From Nitrososphaerota archaeon (lineage in GTDB: Archaea > Thermoproteota > Nitrososphaeria > Nitrososphaerales > Nitrosopumilaceae), in NCBI GenBank assembly GCA_022573895.1, contig JACZTB010000008.1:13628-45627 (forward strand): a stretch of 32,000 bases of DNA. Direction: 5' to 3'. Each line of letters begins with the position of its first letter. Position 1 is the stretch's first letter. The translations under genes and the position numbers were made by a program. Below, piece by piece: positions 26,241-32,000 of this stretch. The notes under the pieces were generated by a model. The model did not search any database. It worked only from the letters and a program-made list of their open reading frames with translations, and was not told the origin of the DNA.

Positions 26241-26262
26241 ATTTATAAATTAATTTATAAAT
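26241..26262. repeat. Second cluster of two ATTTATAAAT palindromes (spacing 12 nt)
   Basis: Copies at 26241 and 26253. The 27-nt string at 26236-26262 is identical to 25817-25843. Confidence 0.9.
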
Positions 26263-26285
26263 TATTTCAGGCAGCAATTAATCAA

Positions 26286-28193
26286 TTACACTTTGATTAT
26301 TCCTTGCTGAACTAAATATTCCAATCCAGATGCAAAGTCATCATCAGAGATGAGATCTTCAGACCACCAACAGGCATTGTTTTTTACCCAGTCAGGAATA
26401 ATTTGGCCAGTCACTACACCAGAATCATAATTTAGTGAAACCCGGATTACACCATTTTCAATCAGATACTGGACTGCCTCAATGAATGATTCATCATTAA
26501 TGGTATCATTGCACCAAAACGCAGCTACTTCTTTTACCCAATTAGGAATCAGAACTTCAGGTGAATTGACAGTGACATAAAATGAGATTGGAGTTGCTTT
26601 ATTTCCTGATGAATCCCTTGCATTACAAATTATTCTGGTTTTCCCCACTTCAAAAAGTGAACCAGAACTAGGATTACATGAGGGTCGAACTATTTGATCT
26701 GTCTCATCAATTGCTAAAACATCATAGAAAACCCTTGCACCGTATTGGTTTTCAGCATCAACTATGATGTCAGTTGGTTTTAGAATTTTTGGGGGAGTTG
26801 TGTCTGGTGTAGGATATGATGGAGATGAAGTCACCACGTCTACACCTATGATTGTTGTATAGTCTTCATAACTAGCAATAATGGTATACCTTCCGTCCTG
26901 ATCCCATCTATTATCTACTGGAAAGAATGTTGTGACTGAAGATAGTTGTGATGATAAAACATAATCCGAAATTGTTGTAGTTGAGATAGGATTACCAAGA
27001 GTATCATAATAGAGGTAGATAATTAATTCCTCATCAGGTATTCTTTTGGATATATCATATGTAACTCTTATTCCTTCACTTTGATGGTATGTTGATTTAT
27101 CAGTTGAAATAGTAAGTAATGTCTCATGATCATGTGTTGGTTCTTCAAACTCACCAACTAGAATTTGTAGGGTAAGACTTTCACTTAGTTTGTTTTTATT
27201 TTCCATATTATCAAACAAGGAAATATCAACTGTAAATATTCCTGGTTCAGTTGGAATCCATGATAATGCGGGAGAAAAGATTTGGTATGGAGAAAGTGAA
27301 CCCCATATCCATGCTTCGAGTCCCGTTTCTCTAATTGTAATATGATAAATAAAAAAGTCTTGAGAGAAATTATTATTGTTAAAGATATCAGCTGTTATCT
27401 GTACTTGTTGAGCAACGTAAACAGTATCTAAACTGTTACCGAATGCGTCAACTGTTCTAGGATTTGTAAAAGAAATATTTGTTGGGGCTGTTTTATAGAA
27501 AAACGTGGTTTCAGCTGATCTGCTTGCATTTCCGTATTGAGCTATAATTTTGTAAGTTCCTGCAATATCCATTAATGCTCCACCTGCAGTAATTTCAGTA
27601 CCGAATTTCTTGTCATAACCAACTGATACTTGTGAAATAGATACAAGACTTCCATCAGGATGAAGAACTGTTACACTTGCTGGAGTTCCAGAATACAAAT
27701 CTCGAACTTTTCCTGTGATTAGAACTACTTCTCCTTCTGAATAGGATGCTTTGTCTGTAGTAACCGTAATAGAATTCTGTATACCACCTGGGGCATTTCC
27801 ACCAGTATAGACAATTGTTGTTTCGCCTGAATCAGAACCATATCTAAATTCAATGATATAGTCTCCAGATAACTTCCACATGTTGCCACCAGCAACGATG
27901 GTTACTTGGAATGAACCATCATAACTTGGAACTAGTTGTCCAATGGCTACATCTTCATTATCAGGAGATTTGATAAGCCAAGTAAATGCATGTCCAGAGG
28001 AAGGATCATAATTTTTGATATTTACAGTCATGATTATAGTATCTCCATCTGCATATTTTTCTGAGTCAGTGGATACAGAGATTGGAGGGATGTTGTGACT
28101 ATCGGCATACACTTCAGATGTAGACATGGTAATACCATATGAAAATAAAATTATGCTCAAAACAATAATTGGAATTTTCTTTTCAAGACTCAC
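26286..28193 (-). CDS. Large secreted or surface protein with beta-sandwich repeats, a HYR-like domain and two C-terminal Trp-rich repeats
   Basis: ORF track 635 aa, GTG start. N-terminal signal/anchor KKIPIIVLSIILFSYGITM. Recurrent (V/I)(S/T)TDK.SY..GE modules. The HYR-like stretch PPKILKPTDIIVDAENQYGARVFYD...CNPSSGSLFEVGKTRIICNARDSSGN. Tandem IP.WVK..A.WW......D..F...(L/V)(E/Q)YL(I/V)..G(V/I)I(R/K)V x2. Confidence 0.85.
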   Translation of the reverse strand: MSLEKKIPIIVLSIILFSYGITMSTSEVYADSHNIPPISVSTDSEKYADGDTIIMTVNIKNYDPSSGHAFTWLIKSPDNEDVAIGQLVPSYDGSFQVTIVAGGNMWKLSGDYIIEFRYGSDSGETTIVYTGGNAPGGIQNSITVTTDKASYSEGEVVLITGKVRDLYSGTPASVTVLHPDGSLVSISQVSVGYDKKFGTEITAGGALMDIAGTYKIIAQYGNASRSAETTFFYKTAPTNISFTNPRTVDAFGNSLDTVYVAQQVQITADIFNNNNFSQDFFIYHITIRETGLEAWIWGSLSPYQIFSPALSWIPTEPGIFTVDISLFDNMENKNKLSESLTLQILVGEFEEPTHDHETLLTISTDKSTYHQSEGIRVTYDISKRIPDEELIIYLYYDTLGNPISTTTISDYVLSSQLSSVTTFFPVDNRWDQDGRYTIIASYEDYTTIIGVDVVTSSPSYPTPDTTPPKILKPTDIIVDAENQYGARVFYDVLAIDETDQIVRPSCNPSSGSLFEVGKTRIICNARDSSGNKATPISFYVTVNSPEVLIPNWVKEVAAFWCNDTINDESFIEAVQYLIENGVIRVSLNYDSGVVTGQIIPDWVKNNACWWSEDLISDDDFASGLEYLVQQGIIKV

Positions 28194-28289
28194 GAAACGA
28201 TGGCTGAATTATCATATTTAATACTTGATAATCAATTGATAGTAAAATGATAATAGAGTGGATATAGATTGCGCCAGAATTATGCGTGA

Positions 28290-28553
28290 ATGTCTTGGGA
28301 GGAGATCAGTTATGTGGTTGCCAGCAAGACTAGAAAATTGATTGTTCTGAAACTTGAAACGCCCAGAACACCTACTTTTCTTGCAAAAGATCTTTCTGTT
28401 AATTTGGCAAATATTAGTAGATCTCTATCTGAATTGGAAGAAAAAGGGATAGTGATATGTCTAACCCCAGAACGGAGAATGGGAAAAATTTACTCACTTA
28501 CAAAGAAAGGAACCAAGGCATCAGATATCATTAAGAATATGGAAAAAGCATAA
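28290..28553 (+). CDS. Small winged-helix (ArsR/MarR-like) transcriptional regulator
   Basis: ORF track 87 aa. ASKTRKLIVLKL...TFLAKDLSVNLANISRSLSELEEKGIV...YSLTKKG. Divergent from the 635-aa gene across a 96-bp spacer. Confidence 0.75.
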   Translation: MSWEEISYVVASKTRKLIVLKLETPRTPTFLAKDLSVNLANISRSLSELEEKGIVICLTPERRMGKIYSLTKKGTKASDIIKNMEKA

Positions 28554-28657
28554 TCATAACTATTCACATGGTGGGCTTTGAACTAATCTTACGAATCTCT
28601 ATGAGAGTGCGTACCGGATGGTTTCCGTGCTGATTATGGTTCAAGAATCAGATTCTA

Positions 28658-29059
28658 TTAAGTTAAATCATATTTTTCAATCAATTTTTTAACAGTTTTA
28701 ATTCCTTTACTGCCTAATGAATACAGATCTTCCTTTTTATCATTAATGCCATCACGAATTATTTGACTTGGAGTTAGTAGTCTATTCTTAAAGTTTCCAC
28801 CTCTAAACCAACTACCAACAGGTTTTTGCCACGACTCCAATTTTATCTTAAGATTACTTCTTGATTGTTTTGGTTTAATTCTTAAAGCAAGTAGAACCAA
28901 GTTTTGGATTCCAATATCATCAATTTTTTCCAATATTTTTGATTCAAGTGAATTATGAGTGGTTAAGTTAGGACTGGAAGGATCTTCTAGCCCTGTGACT
29001 CTTTTTTCCAAAGATTCAATTCTTTCTTTCAACTTATTAATAATTTCAGAATCTGTCAT
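28658..29059 (-). CDS. Hypothetical protein: N-terminal coiled coil plus C-terminal wHTH-like region (cassette gene 3)
   Basis: ORF track 133 aa. INKLKERIESLEKRVTGLE, then ...LVLLALRI...DLYSLGSKGIKTVKKLIEKY. Starts 8 nt after the upstream stop. Confidence 0.6.
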   Translation of the reverse strand: MTDSEIINKLKERIESLEKRVTGLEDPSSPNLTTHNSLESKILEKIDDIGIQNLVLLALRIKPKQSRSNLKIKLESWQKPVGSWFRGGNFKNRLLTPSQIIRDGINDKKEDLYSLGSKGIKTVKKLIEKYDLT

Positions 29060-29067
29060 GATTACAA

Positions 29068-29820
29068 TTATTTTGAATTTGAATAAATCTGTTTTAACAA
29101 TGTAATTGTAGCTTGAATGCCTAATTTTGCAATATCCGGATCTCTAGGAAATTCATATAGTGGTGGATGTGCACCTCCGGCTCCCAAATCTGCAGTTAAA
29201 AATCCAACTGATTTTAATTTTTCAGAAATTATTTTATTTTCAATTGCCCATTTATGTAATTTTGTAATTCCCAAATATTGTGAATTTATTTTTTTACCAC
29301 ATTTAGGACACAGCACATCTTGAATTGGATCGGTTTTAGTTTTTGATTTGTATGCTTGTGCTAAGGCGCCTTCATAAGAACGCCTACAAAGAACTAAGCT
29401 AGACAGATAGCATTTTTCATTATAATCACGTATGGCTTCTTCAAGATCTAATCGTTGTTCATTCATAGGAATTTCTTTTGGAATTTTGAAATCTGTTTCC
29501 TTAGATTTTATTGAAACCAATTCCACTTCCAGATCAGGCCAAAAGCGTTCTAATTCGTTTATTGTGTCTAATTTTGTCTTATACTCTTTTTCAGATAAAA
29601 TGATTTCAATAGAGGAATACAAATGACCTAATTTTTTTGCTAATTCAGGTTTTTTTGGATTTAATTTACTTTTAAAAAATTTAAAATTTCTATTTAGTAT
29701 TAAAATTTCTGCATCATATTTCTGTTTATAATGGTTATTCGAACGATATTTTTTGAGTTTTTTTATTAATTCACGAATTCTGGAGATAGACTCCCAAATT
29801 TGACTTAATTCTTCTTGCAT
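29068..29820 (-). CDS. DUF4145-like protein with N-terminal coiled coil and an inserted CPKC knuckle (cassette gene 2)
   Basis: ORF track 250 aa. The C-terminal half EEAIRDYNEKCYLSSLVLCRRSYEGAL...LHKWAIENKIIS...LTADLGAGGAHPP...IQATITLLKQIY follows the helical DUF4145 pattern as I remember it (a domain common in restriction/Abi contexts). Confidence 0.62.
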   Translation of the reverse strand: MQEELSQIWESISRIRELIKKLKKYRSNNHYKQKYDAEILILNRNFKFFKSKLNPKKPELAKKLGHLYSSIEIILSEKEYKTKLDTINELERFWPDLEVELVSIKSKETDFKIPKEIPMNEQRLDLEEAIRDYNEKCYLSSLVLCRRSYEGALAQAYKSKTKTDPIQDVLCPKCGKKINSQYLGITKLHKWAIENKIISEKLKSVGFLTADLGAGGAHPPLYEFPRDPDIAKLGIQATITLLKQIYSNSK

Positions 29821-29859
29821 AATTTATCTTTCTTTCCATAAATTTTTTTTAAAATATTG

Positions 29860-30462
29860 TTATGTCTTGAATTCTCCTTTTGCAAGTTTACAAATGTATT
29901 CACATGCAGTATCAATTCCTTTACCCGTAACTTTATACTCTTTTCCAGTTTTAGTACCTCTATTAATAATAAGAGAGGTTGAAGAAAGACTTCTAAATAT
30001 ATGCCCAAGATCACCTACACCAGAATCATCCAAGCATTTTCTAAATCTTGTAGTTGGCAACCATTCAATTTCATATAGAATTTTGTAACTTGTTAAAATA
30101 CAAAGACCAAATTGAATATGTTTTTCAGTTTCTTTTAGTTTTAGTTTTTTAACAATTTGTATGATATCCTTTTTTATGCTAATTGTTTCAAATAATTCAT
30201 CTTCAGAAATATTGCATTTTTTTGCAAATTCTGAAGGTTTATTTTTCATTTCATAAACGATAGAAGACTGTGTGCTTCCTCCTTTGGGAGTTGATTTACG
30301 TTTTCTTTTAGGAGAACTACCATCTTTAGGCTTTTCAAATTTTGTACCTCCTATTAATGATGACAAGATAATTTTGAACGCTTCAGTTTTGTATGGTTCT
30401 TCCTGATCCTGAACAGATTCCTTGGCAATCTTGATTTTTTCTTGTAAATCTTGTGGGTCCAA
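29860..30462 (-). CDS. Hypothetical protein: helical N-domain, K/R/S-rich linker, C-terminal wHTH-like domain (cassette gene 1)
   Basis: ORF track 200 aa. The first codon is TTG and there is no ATG before residue 72. Ends ...GKEYKVTGKGIDTACEYICKLAKGE. Confidence 0.55.
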   Translation of the reverse strand: MDPQDLQEKIKIAKESVQDQEEPYKTEAFKIILSSLIGGTKFEKPKDGSSPKRKRKSTPKGGSTQSSIVYEMKNKPSEFAKKCNISEDELFETISIKKDIIQIVKKLKLKETEKHIQFGLCILTSYKILYEIEWLPTTRFRKCLDDSGVGDLGHIFRSLSSTSLIINRGTKTGKEYKVTGKGIDTACEYICKLAKGEFKT

Positions 30463-30678
30463 TGTGTAACATGTGAATATAGTATTCTTTAATCTTTGTA
30501 ATAATTCAAATATCTGTTTGTTCTTCTAAATTCAAAATATTCAGCCTGACGAAGGACCCAAAATAGAAAAGTCTATGAATTTTTACTCAAACCTATTGAA
30601 TGATTGAAATCACTGAAGAAGGTAAACATACAGCAGAATTTTTAATTTAATTATTTTTTTGTGCGTACTAAATTACCC

Positions 30679-31356
30679 TTAACCTTTTTGTAAATTACAA
30701 TACCTATGTGTTAATTGGGCATTTTTAATGGTGGTCTTGCCACCATCGACAAATCTTTCAATATGATCAACATGGGCATCATCGATATCCATGATTTAAT
30801 TTTTACAAATCTTACATATGTTTCCATCTTTTTGTTCAAAGAGTCTCTTCTTCTCCTCGTAAGTATAGAGTCTTTTATCATCTGAAGGATAATCCATTAT
30901 CTCTCGTAGTTTTGCAAACCATTTTTCCATTCTTCTCTTTGTCTGTTTTGTAAAATATGTTGCAATCTGAACTGTTTCAATAAATAATGGTGTAGATACT
31001 AGATCAATATATGCATCTGTAATCACTGATGCTTTTGGCATTACATCGTGTTTTGAATATTCTATAAAACCAATCATTTGTGCATCAAAAATTCCGTCAT
31101 TAAAAGTGGTTGCAATATATCCGCCAATATCATCTTCATCTTTTACCCATCTGTGTCCTGCTAGTTCTCCAAAAACTGTTTTACAAAGTTCTACGCATTT
31201 CTTGAATTTCTCAGTTTTTTGCTGTTCTTCTTTTTCAGATATCTCTTTTTTTTCTTCCATATAGATACTCAGAAAAGTTCTCATAGGTGATTTGTAATTC
31301 TGTATTCCTTTATCTGTCAGCGCAAAAAATCTCAAAATCTTTTCAACATCACGCAT
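30679..31356 (-). pseudogene. Remnant of a DUF262-family/HNH nuclease gene: N-terminal domain missing, HNH motif cut off by an in-frame TAA
   Basis: The track ORF 30796..31356 (ILRFFALTD...ICKICKN*) continues in the same frame after the TAA at 30796-30798. It then reads IMDIDDAHVDHIERFVDGGKTTIKNAQLTHRYCNLQKG*, a classic H-N-H core. No DGQQR-type N-domain lies upstream. Confidence 0.7.
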
Positions 31357-31360
31357 TCGT

Positions 31361-32000
31361 TTATCTGGCTCTGATAAGAATTGGGAAGTTTCTACATTGG
31401 GATTTGTAACTGAAAATCATGATGGAAAACGAATCCCTGTAAGTAAGATTAAGAGAAAAGAGATGAAGGGAAAATATCCTTACTATGGAGCTTCTGGAAT
31501 AATTGATTACGTAAACAAATCATTGTTTAAAGGTAAATATTTGCTGATAGGTGAAGATGGCGCAAATCTATTAGCTCGTTCTACACCAATTGCATTCATT
31601 GCAGATGGTGAATTTTGGGTTAACAATCATGCCCATGTTCTTAAAACATTAGAAGAAATACCATTGGAATATGTTTCATATTTCATTAATAGTATTGATC
31701 TATCTGAATGGGTAACTGGAACAGCTCAACCAAAACTGAATCAAAGAAATATGAATAAAATTCCAATTCCGATCCCATCCATTGAAGAACAAATTGAAAT
31801 TGTAAACATCCTTCAACAAAATCTCTCTTTGATAGATAAACAATTTGAAATGGTAAAAATATGGAATAATACATTAACAACACTTAGGACATCAATTCTA
31901 AAACAAGCATTTGAAGGAAAACTAATTCCTCAAGATCCTAATGACGAATCAGCAGAAATTTTACTCCAAAAAATTAAACAAGAAAAAGAACAGTTAAAAC
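31361..32000 (+). CDS. hsdS: Type I restriction-modification specificity subunit (HsdS), 3' end outside the window, no recognisable start codon
   Basis: Not in the track because it runs off the edge. Frame open from 31298. Reads ...WEVSTLGFVTENHDGKRIPVS...GKYPYYGASGIIDYV...LIGEDGANLL...FWVNNHAHVL...TAQPKLNQRNMNKIPIPIPSIEEQIEIV...ILKQAFEGKLIPQDPNDESAEILLQKIKQEKE. This is a TRD plus the central conserved helix. Confidence 0.8.

Noticed and set aside
25782-26262. Possible CRISPR array, given regularly spaced short repeats (ATTTATAAAT every 20 nt)
   Set aside because: The repeats are only 10 nt and palindromic/TATA-like, the spacers are 2-10 nt, there are only 4+2 copies, and no cas genes or leader are present. 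It does not fit CRISPR architecture.
26066-26277. Track ORFs 26066..26248 (+) and 26080..26277 (-) inside the hexamer array
   Set aside because: They overlap each other antisense and start on non-ATG codons. Their sequence is dictated by the ACCTTG/CAAGGT repeats, and no protein motif is present. Treated as non-coding.
29117-31883. Track ORFs 29117..29323, 29432..29626, 29805..30014, 29867..30088, 31686..31883
   Set aside because: All are antisense to, or nested in, the three-gene cassette or the hsdS frame. They have no motifs and low-complexity translations.

Overview
AT-rich archaeal chromosomal segment. Gene content and order (nuoA-B-C, peroxiredoxin, three-subunit biotin-dependent acetyl-/propionyl-CoA carboxylase, RFC large subunit, IMPase, FNR-like reductase, HemA-like protein) match what I recall for marine ammonia-oxidising Thaumarchaeota of the Nitrosopumilus type; this is recollection, no search was run. 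Positions 1-11.9 kb are tightly packed conserved core genes. From ~12 kb to the right edge the region looks accessory. It is gene-poor and holds many mini zinc-ribbon ORFs (several below the 60-aa track cut-off) and pseudogenes. It also holds a two-component operon ending in a membrane-anchored metzincin and a large secreted HYR-domain protein. At the right end is a decayed defence patch: an HNH/DUF262-type remnant, a start-less hsdS, and an uncharacterised three-gene cassette with a DUF4145-like protein. The most unusual signals are non-coding. (i) A 0.5-kb stretch (25.78-26.27 kb) has 12 copies of ACCTTG/CAAGGT, bracketed by clusters of the palindrome ATTTATAAAT and a 27-nt direct repeat. 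(ii) A ~220-bp diverged inverted-repeat pair with a 46-nt perfectly conserved inner block flanks a 1.4-kb ORF-poor segment (14.98-16.84 kb). (iii) The motif GTTAACAGTTCGTATCAAA occurs three times. (iv) There is a C16 homopolymer. The ORF track renders TTG/GTG starts as M, so several starts were re-evaluated. No rRNA, convincing tRNA or CRISPR array was seen. All domain calls are by-eye motif recognition.
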